64,000 bases of DNA, taken from sequence record NC_042098.1. One strand, given 5' to 3'. The position numbers were made by a program, and so were the translations under genes. Positions 8,690-17,564 of the stretch are shown piece after piece. The stretch's first letter is position 1. Each line of letters begins with the position of its first letter. Under the pieces are notes generated by a model. The model was not told the origin of the DNA and made no database searches. It saw only the letters and a program-made list of their open reading frames with translations.

Positions 8690-9796
8690 ATGGTACGGAT
8701 CATTCAGACAGGCGATATTCACCTCTGTCATAAACGCACCCCGACTGCGAACATTATCCGTACACTGAACTACATCTTCTATGAAAACGAATCCTTGGCT
8801 GAAACCGACCTTATCATCCTTGCCGGGGATGTCTGGGATACTCTGGTGACCATGCCTAATGACGATGCATTATTAGCTCGTCAATGGATTCGTAAGTTTG
8901 TCGAAGATTGCGCATATTACAATGTGATCTTAGATGTGTTAGAAGGCACTCCTGACCATGATTGGGAGCAGTCTTCTGAGTTCACCCTCTTTGAAACCAG
9001 TTGTGAAGTGCGCTACATCAAAACCCTGCAGATTGTCCGTCATGAGCACTTGGATTTAAATATCCTTTATGTGCCCGATGAATGGCGCCCAACCATTGAA
9101 GCGATCTGGGAAGATGTGTGTGTGGCGATGACTGAAGCCGGACTGGATAAGGTGGATGTCGCAGTGGTGCACGGGGGATTTGATTTTAACTTCCCGCCGG
9201 AGTACAACATCAAAGGCCACAGCGCTGAGCGCTTTAGCAGTATTGTCAAACATGCGGTGTTTGCTAACCACATCCACAAAGCCCAGAGCTTTATGAAAGT
9301 GCACGGTCCAGGTTCACCGGATCGATTAGCACAGGGTGAGGAAGGGGACAAAGGTTACCATCGGGTGGTGATTGATCAGAAGACCGATCAGATGCGCATC
9401 CAGTGGATTAAGAACCCACATGCCTGGACCCATATCGCACTCAACGTTGCAGATATGTCGGTTGAGGAGATCGTCGCCAAAGCCAAAGCGATCGCAGCAC
9501 CACTAAGAGCCGGCAGTTATCTGCGTTTTGATAACGGTGATCCCTTAGTGGTGAAAGCGGTACTGTGGGCATTGAAAGCAGAAATCCCGCATGTGATCTT
9601 GGAGTACAAAAACAAGAAGCAAGCAGGGATCACGCAAACGCACCAAACTTATGCCAAGAAGTTTTCTGGCACCCACATTAACCGCAACAATGCCAAAGAG
9701 TCGATCGTCGGCTGGTTGCAGGGTAAGGGGTTAACGGACGACTCACAGGGTCAGTATTTAAGTGATATCTTACAGCGCGCCATGGCGCTGAAGTAG
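8690..9796 (+). CDS. Mre11/SbcD-like metallophosphoesterase nuclease
   Basis: Phosphoesterase motifs GDIH, AGDVWD, GTPDHD, VHG and NHIH. Start could be at 8651 or 8690. Confidence 0.85.
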   Translation: MVRIIQTGDIHLCHKRTPTANIIRTLNYIFYENESLAETDLIILAGDVWDTLVTMPNDDALLARQWIRKFVEDCAYYNVILDVLEGTPDHDWEQSSEFTLFETSCEVRYIKTLQIVRHEHLDLNILYVPDEWRPTIEAIWEDVCVAMTEAGLDKVDVAVVHGGFDFNFPPEYNIKGHSAERFSSIVKHAVFANHIHKAQSFMKVHGPGSPDRLAQGEEGDKGYHRVVIDQKTDQMRIQWIKNPHAWTHIALNVADMSVEEIVAKAKAIAAPLRAGSYLRFDNGDPLVVKAVLWALKAEIPHVILEYKNKKQAGITQTHQTYAKKFSGTHINRNNAKESIVGWLQGKGLTDDSQGQYLSDILQRAMALK

Positions 9797-9806
9797 TGAG
9801 GGTGTT

Positions 9807-10607
9807 ATGGCTGACAGGACCATGGGGATCTTGCCGATGTCAGTCGGCACCTCCCTTTCATTTGAAGCATTAATGGCAAAACCCATTGAACCGATTGAAA
9901 CCTTGGTGTTGAACATCGGGACCATCTTTCGTAATGTCTATCAGGCGTATGATACCGATGACCGCGATCGCTTAGGGATTGATAAGTTGCATGACGATAT
10001 GATTGCAGACATGTCAGCGATTTATGACATCTTAAAAGACATCGGGAAAGCGGGCGTGCCAGATTACAAACTGTATCACGGGCGTTATGAACGGTTAGCT
10101 TCCGCCTTTCCACTGGCGAAGATCTGGGAGCCTTCTTCGGATATTCAGAAGACGTACGCACGACTTGAACGTAACGTCCTGGAGAAGGTGATCAAGACAA
10201 TGCGGGGGTTAGTGCAAGAGGTGGATCACACCTTACCGATTTCCGTAAAGAATACCTATGTGATGACCCATCACATCGTAGACCTGGTTGTGCCGGCTGG
10301 TTACGGTGAGATTACGTTGGTGGAATCCCATACAGGTGCCTTGAAGAAGAAACCGTTATGGCACACCAAACTCACCAACGGGCGTTCGCTTGAGCGTATT
10401 CCGTTTAACCGACTGACCTTGCAGGTGTTCGGTGATAACTCTGTGAACTTCAAAGCCAACAGCTTTAAATACAAAGCGGCACTGATGAAGCTTGCAGAGG
10501 AGAACAAGTGGACACCCATGGCAACCCGTGATCGTATCAAGCTTGGCATTGAAACGTTAAAGGACGCGCAGCTGAAAGCGGACTTGTCAAAAATGCTCAG
10601 TGTATAA
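9807..10607 (+). CDS. Conserved jumbo-phage protein (phiKZ gp66-like; possibly nuclease-fold)
   Basis: LNIGTIFRN motif; lies between the SbcD-like and ChmC-like genes. Function is inferred only. Confidence 0.5.
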   Translation: MADRTMGILPMSVGTSLSFEALMAKPIEPIETLVLNIGTIFRNVYQAYDTDDRDRLGIDKLHDDMIADMSAIYDILKDIGKAGVPDYKLYHGRYERLASAFPLAKIWEPSSDIQKTYARLERNVLEKVIKTMRGLVQEVDHTLPISVKNTYVMTHHIVDLVVPAGYGEITLVESHTGALKKKPLWHTKLTNGRSLERIPFNRLTLQVFGDNSVNFKANSFKYKAALMKLAEENKWTPMATRDRIKLGIETLKDAQLKADLSKMLSV

Positions 10608-10670
10608 ATCAACATAACTGCTCTAACTTTATAGAGCAGTATAACTAATTAGTCCTAAAAGGAGCAACAC

Positions 10671-11441
10671 ATGGCTGGTCCACAGCGTCAATTTAAAGCT
10701 CGTGAAAAATCTTACTTGAGCGAGTACTCGATGAACCTTCAGGGCCCGGTGCAAGCTGGCGCTCAGTTCCCTGCTGAATTCCGCATGGCCTTTGCAGCCA
10801 ACAAAGTGGCCATTCAGGTTGAAACCAAAAACCGCGATAACAAAAATAACGGTCGCTTTGAAATCGTTGTTCCTTATCTGGGCGCTATCGGTGTGCTGAA
10901 TACGATCGACAAGCTTATTCAGGACAAAGCACGCAGTAAGCTGCAATACAAAGTGAAAGACTTCGTTTACTTCGGTAAAGGTAACAAGTCTGACTCACCA
11001 ATGATCAAAGGCACCCTGACTGTAGGGCGTGATAACGAAGGCTGTCTCTATATCGGCATGTCCGGTAAAGACATCACCCCAATCAAATTCATCTTCGCCC
11101 TGCCGGCGCATGATGAACTGTGCGATGACTCAGGTCAGCGTCTGGGTGATGCTGAGCACTCTGAGTTTGCTGCGAAGAACTTCGTGGTCGGTTACCTGGG
11201 TCTGCTGCCAGTGGTGATGGGTATTCACTATACTCCACCTGAGCCGAAGAACCCAGATGGCGGTAATGGCGGTGGCGGTGGTCAAGGTGGTGGCGGCTGG
11301 GGCGGTAATGGCGGCGGGAACCGTGGCGGTGGTAATGGCGGGGGAAACCAGTACAACCAAGGCGGCAATCAGGGCGGTGGGAACGCCTCTGGTTCTGGTA
11401 GCAGCGGCGGCGGTGACTTCGCAGATGACCTGCCTTTCTAA
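10671..11441 (+). CDS. ChmC-like nucleic-acid-binding protein (phiKZ gp67 position) with G/N-rich disordered tail
   Basis: Folded N-terminal ~195 aa, then a GGN/GGQ low-complexity tail ending DFADDLPF. Lies just upstream of the gp68-like gene. Confidence 0.65.
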   Translation: MAGPQRQFKAREKSYLSEYSMNLQGPVQAGAQFPAEFRMAFAANKVAIQVETKNRDNKNNGRFEIVVPYLGAIGVLNTIDKLIQDKARSKLQYKVKDFVYFGKGNKSDSPMIKGTLTVGRDNEGCLYIGMSGKDITPIKFIFALPAHDELCDDSGQRLGDAEHSEFAAKNFVVGYLGLLPVVMGIHYTPPEPKNPDGGNGGGGGQGGGGWGGNGGGNRGGGNGGGNQYNQGGNQGGGNASGSGSSGGGDFADDLPF

Positions 11442-11493
11442 ATAGACAGGACGATGAATTCAGCATAAGTCATTGTCTGGGTTCATCCACAAC

Positions 11494-11524
11494 AGAGGAG
11501 GGTGAAAACCCTCCTCTTGTGCCG
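11494..11524 (+). terminator. Hairpin + TTGTGCCG (variant element)
   Basis: AGAGGAGGG-tgaaaa-CCCTCCTCT followed by TGTGCCG. A CAGCATAA copy lies at 11461. Confidence 0.6.
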
Positions 11525-11842
11525 TCCACGGACTGGGCTATAGCTCACGCTTACTCCCCAGGGTATGGGCGATTCAAACGCCGACATTTCAGGAAGAATA
11601 CGCGCAAGCGACCCCCACGGCCATGTAAGAATAAAAGTAAGTTGATGAAGGTGGCTCAGAGTAAGTTGGGTTATGCGATCATGACAGGCAGGGTAATCAG
11701 GCAGGCAGTATGTGATGAGTGTGAGGCGGATGAACGTATCGAGCCTTTGCAAGTCAATTATGCTAAGCCGTATATCGTGCTGTGGCTTTGTCCACGTTGT
11801 CATGCTGACTGGTACCTGACAAATGAGCCGGCGTACAGCTGA
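11519..11842 (+). CDS. Degenerate His-Me-finger/HNH-like Zn-binding protein (start uncertain)
   Basis: AI.TG...RQ.VCDEC.....NYAKPY.VLWLCPRCH matches the phage RxPCExCG..HHxDYSKPLxVxWLCxxCH family but lacks the HH residues. Confidence 0.55.
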   Translation: MPSTDWAIAHAYSPGYGRFKRRHFRKNTRKRPPRPCKNKSKLMKVAQSKLGYAIMTGRVIRQAVCDECEADERIEPLQVNYAKPYIVLWLCPRCHADWYLTNEPAYS

Positions 11843-11864
11843 GGGTTTCGGCCCTCCTTTATGA
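11841..11864 (+). terminator. TTCG-loop hairpin followed by TTTATG
   Basis: GAGGGT-ttcg-GCCCTC-CTTTATGA. Confidence 0.5.
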
Positions 11865-11873
11865 TACCAAGAG

Positions 11874-12272
11874 GTGACAATGTTTGAAGAACCGACACAT
11901 GTTCGTTATGCATTGGTAACCCGCCCTCAACACGACGAGAAAGTTATTTTGACACCCTGTGATAATCTGATCGAAGCGGTACACAAACAAGACCGCTACG
12001 ATTCGATTGCTTCTGTGGTGATCTGTGATGACTTCAAAGCGCAGGCGGTGGATGTCCGGTTACACTTTATCACGGGTCCGGATGACTCGGCGTACCGTGC
12101 AAAGGAAATGTTACTGGCTTCTTTTATACGCCAGAACAATGGCTGGATTCCCCGTCATGTTACGGGTTGTATGATAGACGCTTTTGATGACGAGACCCTT
12201 ACCTTCATCCAAAGCCTCCTATCTTTCTTTGATTCACACAGAACCAATTTCGCCCGTTCGCTTGCTTCGTAA
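11874..12272 (+). CDS. Hypothetical protein
   Basis: 132 aa ORF with a GAGG SD. Start is the GTG at 11874 or the ATG at 11880. Confidence 0.7.
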   Translation: MTMFEEPTHVRYALVTRPQHDEKVILTPCDNLIEAVHKQDRYDSIASVVICDDFKAQAVDVRLHFITGPDDSAYRAKEMLLASFIRQNNGWIPRHVTGCMIDAFDDETLTFIQSLLSFFDSHRTNFARSLAS

Positions 12273-12280
12273 TTTTTATT

Positions 12281-12316
12281 GCTGGATGCGGTAAACCCGC
12301 TCCAGCCCTTATGCCG
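12281..12316 (+). terminator. Hairpin + TTATGCCG element
   Basis: GCTGGA-t-GCGG-taaac-CCGC-TCCAGC, then CC-TTATGCCG (12309-12316). Confidence 0.7.
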
Positions 12317-12377
12317 CCTGTAATATCGTACATTATTCTACTATCTATTAGAGGAACAAATAATCTTAAATATTTAC

Positions 12378-12390
12378 AAGCCTACATTAT
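12378..12390 (+). promoter_or_regulatory. Candidate early promoter for nvRNAP genes
   Basis: AAGCCTACATTAT; near-identical sites at 17519 and 36284. Confidence 0.55.
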
Positions 12391-12449
12391 CAACATGTCA
12401 TAGCAGTATGTGATTTAACCTACCGTGTGATCACCGGGAGCAGCCACCA

Positions 12450-13994
12450 ATGATGTTTAAGTACACCACCAAATCGACCTCTGAGAAGGTATGGTTAAAC
12501 ACAATCATAGTTGTCAGTCGTCATGGCGAAGAGATTGTGTTTAACGAAAACAACTTCTTCAAGTCGGAAGAGAAGGACCACAAAGGAACCTTCGACGAAC
12601 TGAATCTCTATCTCTTGCGTTGCCTGAGTAACGAGCAACGTGACCGGATGTTTGAGTTCTATAAGCAAATCAGCTATATCCTGAAAACGGAACTGTCGGT
12701 CACGAAGGTCCTTCTGCCAAAGTTGCAGCCTTTGGTTAAAGGGATCTACGACCTGGTTAGCTTAAGCGACCTGAACGTCTTCATGTATGAAAACAAACTG
12801 ACGCACATCCCGAACAGCGTACTGGATACCATCCCGTCCTCGAAAGAGTACCCGACGATGACCACGTATGTGAAAGCGGATTACGTCAAGCTGGTTAACC
12901 TGTCGGTATTGTTGCATCTGATGGCGCCGATCATTGCGGACTATGTCAGCAAGGTCAGTGAGTCAACCGGCAAGCAGTTTAAAGAACACGCCGCCTTACC
13001 GTTACTGGAATACACCAACATCATGTATTCTGATGAGATGGTCAAGCTGCGTAACTTCGTGACCGCCAACTGCAGTAAAAAGCCAGTGCCGTTATCAGCC
13101 ACCTTAGAAGGGATGTCAGAAGAGTCGTTCCCGGATTGGATGCTGGCTTCGGTCATTGCACGTAAGCTGTGTATCAACCATGTACGGCGTGGGGATGAAA
13201 ACGGACACCTGGTTGCTGCGGTGTTTGCGTACATCAACTACAACATCAAACTGGATGGTAAGTTTGGTGGTGGGGTCATGCCAAAGAAAGAGCGTCGGGG
13301 TCTGGGAGAAGATGAGCGCGAGAAAGCGGTCATTGATAACTGGAAGATGAAAGAGGATGTGGACAAGATCGATATCTTAGCCTGTGCTGTTGGCTTTGAT
13401 GATCCGGTTGCCGCGGCCAAGTTCATTGAGCCTGACATCGATCCAAACATGGTGATCCGTTGCCTGAATGCGATTCCACAAGCCTGGAACTTCAGCATGA
13501 CTCGTCATCAGAGCATTCTGTTGCAGTGGGTAGTGGGTGAGCTTCTGCCGCATATCGGTGATACGTATGTGCCGCCGTTGACCGTTGAGTATTACGATTA
13601 CGATGTCTGCGTGAAGTTGGTCGGGATTGCACAAGCGGTACTGTGGCATCGGGGTTATCCGAAGCTTGCAGTGTTTGCTGCGACTTATCCGTCTGAAGTG
13701 GATGCCGGCGGGATGCCGAATGCCGTGATGCCATTAGAACTGAAAGTGATGGCAGAGCTGGAAGCGTATTACGGTAATGTGCGTCTGGGTAAACGTCAGG
13801 ACAGCAGCGATGGCTTGGTGCATAAAACCATCAACACCATGGTTACCTCATTGTTAGAAGATGATTATCAGGTCGTAGGCCCTGATGAATTGTTAGCGTT
13901 ATCTGGGGTGGTAGATTTCGAACGTCGAATCGTCATTCCTGAAAGCCTATATTACGATATTGCTGGCTACATTCGTTTCTTAGCCACTCGTTAA
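12450..13994 (+). CDS. nvRNAP promoter-specificity (sigma-like) subunit, phiKZ gp68-like
   Basis: 514 aa; size and position fit the gp68-gp69-gp70-beta-beta' block. No diagnostic motif was read directly. Confidence 0.6.
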   Translation: MMFKYTTKSTSEKVWLNTIIVVSRHGEEIVFNENNFFKSEEKDHKGTFDELNLYLLRCLSNEQRDRMFEFYKQISYILKTELSVTKVLLPKLQPLVKGIYDLVSLSDLNVFMYENKLTHIPNSVLDTIPSSKEYPTMTTYVKADYVKLVNLSVLLHLMAPIIADYVSKVSESTGKQFKEHAALPLLEYTNIMYSDEMVKLRNFVTANCSKKPVPLSATLEGMSEESFPDWMLASVIARKLCINHVRRGDENGHLVAAVFAYINYNIKLDGKFGGGVMPKKERRGLGEDEREKAVIDNWKMKEDVDKIDILACAVGFDDPVAAAKFIEPDIDPNMVIRCLNAIPQAWNFSMTRHQSILLQWVVGELLPHIGDTYVPPLTVEYYDYDVCVKLVGIAQAVLWHRGYPKLAVFAATYPSEVDAGGMPNAVMPLELKVMAELEAYYGNVRLGKRQDSSDGLVHKTINTMVTSLLEDDYQVVGPDELLALSGVVDFERRIVIPESLYYDIAGYIRFLATR

Positions 13995-14029
13995 CTTAAT
14001 TTAATCTACACCGTTAGGAGTCACCCAAG

Positions 14030-15547
14030 ATGTTACCTACCCAAAACATTCAGTTCGAAGGCTATGTTGAGAAAGCTGCTATCTGCCGTACACCAGCTTA
14101 TCAGGACATGTACCGTCGACCGTACAGCATGAATATCAGTCAGGACACCGCATCCGTTATTGGTAACATGAGTGCCGGTGTGGATTATTCTCGTGAGCGT
14201 TTAGCGCCGATTGCCGCATCGGTCATTGCGCCACAGACTTACGTTGAATCGGTTTGTAACGTACCAGAGGGCTGGGGTTCTGAGCGTTGTCTCTTCATTC
14301 TGAAGATCGTTCACGGTCGTCCGGGTGACCAGGGTCTGAACAAACGTGTGCAGTATCTGACCGGCTACACCAGTCACATGGGCATGATGCCAAGTCAGAT
14401 GCGTGCGAATGATGTTGTTGTTGATGACAACATGCGTCTGTTCTTTAACACCAGTATGCTGTTTAACGAAACCAGCCATATCGATGGTTATGGTCGTAAG
14501 CTCGTCACCGCCATGCCGTTGATGGCAAGTCAGTTGGTAATGGGTCAGCACGGTGGGGTGCATGGTCATAACGATCGTACGTTGCGTCCTGAAGATGTTT
14601 ACTCAGCAATCAATGTTGGACAGCTGATTCAGCAGAACAACCAGTATGATCAAAGCCGTGGTACCAATGGTCCGATTGGTCAGCTGTATGATGGTCGTAC
14701 TGCTTTCCAACCTGGTCAGCCGTATAAGCTTTCTCAGCTGAATAACCTGGTGCCTTCAAACTACCTCAGTAAAGTGCTGACCGGTGCAGCCACCGAACAG
14801 CTGACCTTAGGTGGTCAACGTGCAAACCCAGCGGATACCAGCAATCAGATCGCAACTGGCCTGAACGAAGGTTATCTGTCTAACGACCTGACCCTGCAGC
14901 ACATCCTGGATCGCACCGGTCTGCGTGAAAACTGCTCAATCACATTTGGTGAATTGCGTCGTATTCTGCCGAACATTGATGCACCGGGTATTTTGACCAA
15001 AGCGGGTATGGAAGGTGTCGGTACTGGTCAGGTTGCCGGTGCAGTAGGTGGTGCTGGTTCTGAACATCATCAGGGTTCGAACTATGAAACCGTGATTGCC
15101 AACATGCTGAACAATGTGACCACTGCACTGATGATGGATCTGATGATCGGTGAGATTCATTGTAATGGCGGTAACATGACCGTAGCCGATGTGGCGACTG
15201 GTACAATGAGCGGTCAGTTCCTGTTGAACACGCCGTACGCAACTTCCTTCGTGGATGGTCGTGATGCGGTGGCGCTGTGTGAATCGTTTAAGCTGCGTCT
15301 GGTGCGTGAGTTCCTGTCAAGCTTTACCGGCCACAACCACGTGCCAATCGGTTTTGCAATCCATGCAAGTCTGATGGCCGAAACGGTTATTGATGTCTCT
15401 TACAATAACCAACCGAAGATTCGCTTCGTGTTCCCGGTCTTTGCGAACGCGTCGTATACCCCGATTATCACTGGCGATCAGAACACTCTGAACTCCATTG
15501 CCGTACACACACGTGAACTGGTCCAGCAGCTGACCAACGTCTTTTAA
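14030..15547 (+). CDS. PicA/Imp1-like phage-nucleus protein import factor (phiKZ gp69 position)
   Basis: 505 aa with an AGGAG SD, between the gp68-like and gp70-like genes. Assigned from synteny and size. Confidence 0.55.
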   Translation: MLPTQNIQFEGYVEKAAICRTPAYQDMYRRPYSMNISQDTASVIGNMSAGVDYSRERLAPIAASVIAPQTYVESVCNVPEGWGSERCLFILKIVHGRPGDQGLNKRVQYLTGYTSHMGMMPSQMRANDVVVDDNMRLFFNTSMLFNETSHIDGYGRKLVTAMPLMASQLVMGQHGGVHGHNDRTLRPEDVYSAINVGQLIQQNNQYDQSRGTNGPIGQLYDGRTAFQPGQPYKLSQLNNLVPSNYLSKVLTGAATEQLTLGGQRANPADTSNQIATGLNEGYLSNDLTLQHILDRTGLRENCSITFGELRRILPNIDAPGILTKAGMEGVGTGQVAGAVGGAGSEHHQGSNYETVIANMLNNVTTALMMDLMIGEIHCNGGNMTVADVATGTMSGQFLLNTPYATSFVDGRDAVALCESFKLRLVREFLSSFTGHNHVPIGFAIHASLMAETVIDVSYNNQPKIRFVFPVFANASYTPIITGDQNTLNSIAVHTRELVQQLTNVF

Positions 15548-15561
15548 GGAAAAGATAAACC

Positions 15562-17106
15562 ATGACAACTCCACTTATTAACTATTACACGGGCTTCCTG
15601 GAATCGACGGGCGCTGTGATTGATCAGTCCACCGGTGTGGTGAGCTATGAACGTTCCACCGGTTTAAAGCCGGTGTTAATCGATGGCAAAGAGCTGATCC
15701 TGCCCATCCGTGCGTTTCAGGATAAGCCGGACTGGACGCGTTATGTGCCATTCCATCCGCTGTCTGAATCGATTGCTCGTGGTGAATCGGAAGTGCTGCA
15801 GAAAGCCAAAGAGCTTATCAGTCTGAAGCTGTTCCTGAAATATGCGGAACTGTCTGAAGCGCTGCTGATGCTGGCAGTGAACTCTGAATCGCAGGCGAAG
15901 CTCACCCCTACCCAGATGAAGTTCCTGGAAGGGCTGGGTGATGCGGATGAGAAAACGGTTGAGAACTTCTCAAAGATCCTGGCGAAATCCAAAGCGACCT
16001 TTGAAGGTGGTGAGAACCGTTGTCTGGTGTCGTTGTTCCTGAAACGTGGCGGTACACTCAACGGGCAGAAGTTTGCCCGTCTGTGTGTTGTAGCGTTCCC
16101 GTACTACGAAGCGCTGTGTAAGATCGAAAACGAACCTGCGGATAAGCGCGTGGTGTTTGGTGTGCCATTGCGTGCCAAAGACATCAAAGTGCTGAAGCGT
16201 CTGCATGAAGTGATCGTACCGAACAGCGATGACGGGATCTACTCGATCGGGACTAACGTACAGACTGCGCCGTACTGGGGTGCATTGATGATGACTTACG
16301 TCAACATCCTGAACCAGTTCAACAGCGTAATCAAACCGTTCTCGAAAGTGATCAAATCGCTGAAGGCGGTTGATACCTCGTGGGATGTGGGTGATGAGTT
16401 GCAACAGTTCCGTGCTGAGATTCCACCGATGCCGTATAATGAAGGTGCAGATTCCAGCAAACCAGCTGAAACAACCCAGCCTCTGCAGACCCAACAGCAG
16501 CCTGTTGCGACGCAGCCACAAACCATCCCACAGCCAACCGGTAATCTGGTACAGCAGCCAGCAACCATCCAGCAGGCGCCGAGCTTTAACGGTAATCAGA
16601 ACCAGTCCAGCACAGTCACCCATCCGCCAGCTCACAACGTTAAACCATCTAACGGTGGCGGTGTGAACTTCGCTGATGCGATGAACAAGTCGGGCATGGG
16701 TATGATGCCACAAATGCAGATGCCGGGTATGATGCCGCAGATGTATCCTCAGCAGGGTTACCCACAGCAGCAGATGCCAATGTATCCGCAACAGCAAATG
16801 TATCCTCAGATGCAGATGCAAATGCCGATGCAGCAGCTTCCAATGCCACCGGTCTCTCAGCCGCAGGGTCAGCAGCAATTCCCGCAGCAGATGTATTATC
16901 AAAATGGTCAGTTGCCAATGCCGCCGGTTAGCCAGCAGCAACAGCAAGGTTACCCACAGCAGGGCATGTATCCTCAGCAGCAGATGATGCAACCTCAAAT
17001 GTACCCGCAGATGCAAATGCCTGGCATGATGCCACAAATGCAGATGCCGGGTATGATGCAACAGGGTTACCCGCAACAGCCACAGATGTTCCAGTTCGGG
17101 CGTTAA
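15562..17106 (+). CDS. phiKZ gp70-like protein with Q/M/P-rich prion-like C-terminal domain
   Basis: Folded N-terminal ~290 aa (F.PLSE...GES, FLKRGG), then ~220 aa of Q/P/M/G/Y low complexity. Confidence 0.7.
   Translation: MTTPLINYYTGFLESTGAVIDQSTGVVSYERSTGLKPVLIDGKELILPIRAFQDKPDWTRYVPFHPLSESIARGESEVLQKAKELISLKLFLKYAELSEALLMLAVNSESQAKLTPTQMKFLEGLGDADEKTVENFSKILAKSKATFEGGENRCLVSLFLKRGGTLNGQKFARLCVVAFPYYEALCKIENEPADKRVVFGVPLRAKDIKVLKRLHEVIVPNSDDGIYSIGTNVQTAPYWGALMMTYVNILNQFNSVIKPFSKVIKSLKAVDTSWDVGDELQQFRAEIPPMPYNEGADSSKPAETTQPLQTQQQPVATQPQTIPQPTGNLVQQPATIQQAPSFNGNQNQSSTVTHPPAHNVKPSNGGGVNFADAMNKSGMGMMPQMQMPGMMPQMYPQQGYPQQQMPMYPQQQMYPQMQMQMPMQQLPMPPVSQPQGQQQFPQQMYYQNGQLPMPPVSQQQQQGYPQQGMYPQQQMMQPQMYPQMQMPGMMPQMQMPGMMQQGYPQQPQMFQFGR
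16702..17059 (+). repeat. 34-bp exact direct repeat within the MPQMQMPGMM coding repeats
   Basis: ATGATGCCACAAATGCAGATGCCGGGTATGATGC at 16702-16735 and 17026-17059. Confidence 0.85.
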
Positions 17107-17120
17107 TCTATAAATCTGAT

Positions 17121-17153
17121 CGGCATAAGGAGAGGCTACGGCCTCTCCTCTTT
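17121..17153. terminator. Bidirectional hairpin with CGGCATAA (TTATGCCG on minus strand)
   Basis: CGGCATAA-GGAGAGGC-tacg-GCCTCTCC-tcttt, between convergent genes. Confidence 0.75.
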
Positions 17154-17158
17154 CAGAG

Positions 17159-17494
17159 TCATTTTTTATTTGAGTTGTAGAGATCTCTAATAGATGACAG
17201 AAGTGAACTGTTTTCATCTATTAGAAGAATGTCCGTTGTAATGACATCCCATTTAAAGGGATTCATGATGTTGTTGATTCGCATAGTTAACCAATGCATG
17301 TGATAAGGAACGCCGTATTCCAGTAGTAGCATGCGAAAGTCACCACGTTCTTCGTACTGTTCAAGAGGGGTAGGGGGAGTAAACTTAGTTGCATTCGCCC
17401 GAAGCAAATCGAGATGATGCACCAGGACCTGACGAAAGCCGTGATCTTGAAACAGCTTATCGGTCGGGTGTTTGATTTCGTTGCTGACTCGCAT
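17159..17494 (-). CDS. Small conserved protein, possibly LysM-like/tail gpX-like virion protein
   Basis: Y..RGDF..LL...GVP...HW.T.R.N....P motif resembles LysM-type baseplate proteins. The fold is an inference. Confidence 0.5.
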   Translation of the reverse strand: MRVSNEIKHPTDKLFQDHGFRQVLVHHLDLLRANATKFTPPTPLEQYEERGDFRMLLLEYGVPYHMHWLTMRINNIMNPFKWDVITTDILLIDENSSLLSSIRDLYNSNKK

Positions 17495-17518
17495 ATGCGT
17501 AAATACCTATACTTGTTT

Positions 17519-17531
17519 AAGCCTATATTAT
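17519..17531 (+). promoter_or_regulatory. Candidate early promoter for nvRNAP beta gene
   Basis: AAGCCTATATTAT, 34 nt upstream of the ATG at 17565. Confidence 0.55.
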
Positions 17532-17564
17532 CTCTTGGCAGTTAGGTTGATAAAAGGAATCATA

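Noticed and set aside
11089-11466. Minus-strand Arg/His- and Thr/Ala-rich ORFs
   Set aside because: Shadows of the Gly-rich ChmC-like tail.
16690-17100. Possible CRISPR-like or VNTR array
   Set aside because: The repeats are in-frame coding repeats with no regular spacer structure. No CRISPR array was found anywhere in the window.
15970-17217. 415 aa minus-strand His/Leu-rich ORF
   Set aside because: Antisense shadow of the CAG/ATG-rich gp70-like tail (CAG/ATG reads as CTG/CAT on the other strand). No SD, and it overlaps a real gene fully.
17472-17564. Track N-terminal extension of nvRNAP beta
   Set aside because: It overlaps the divergent gene and the promoter motif. The SD supports 17565.
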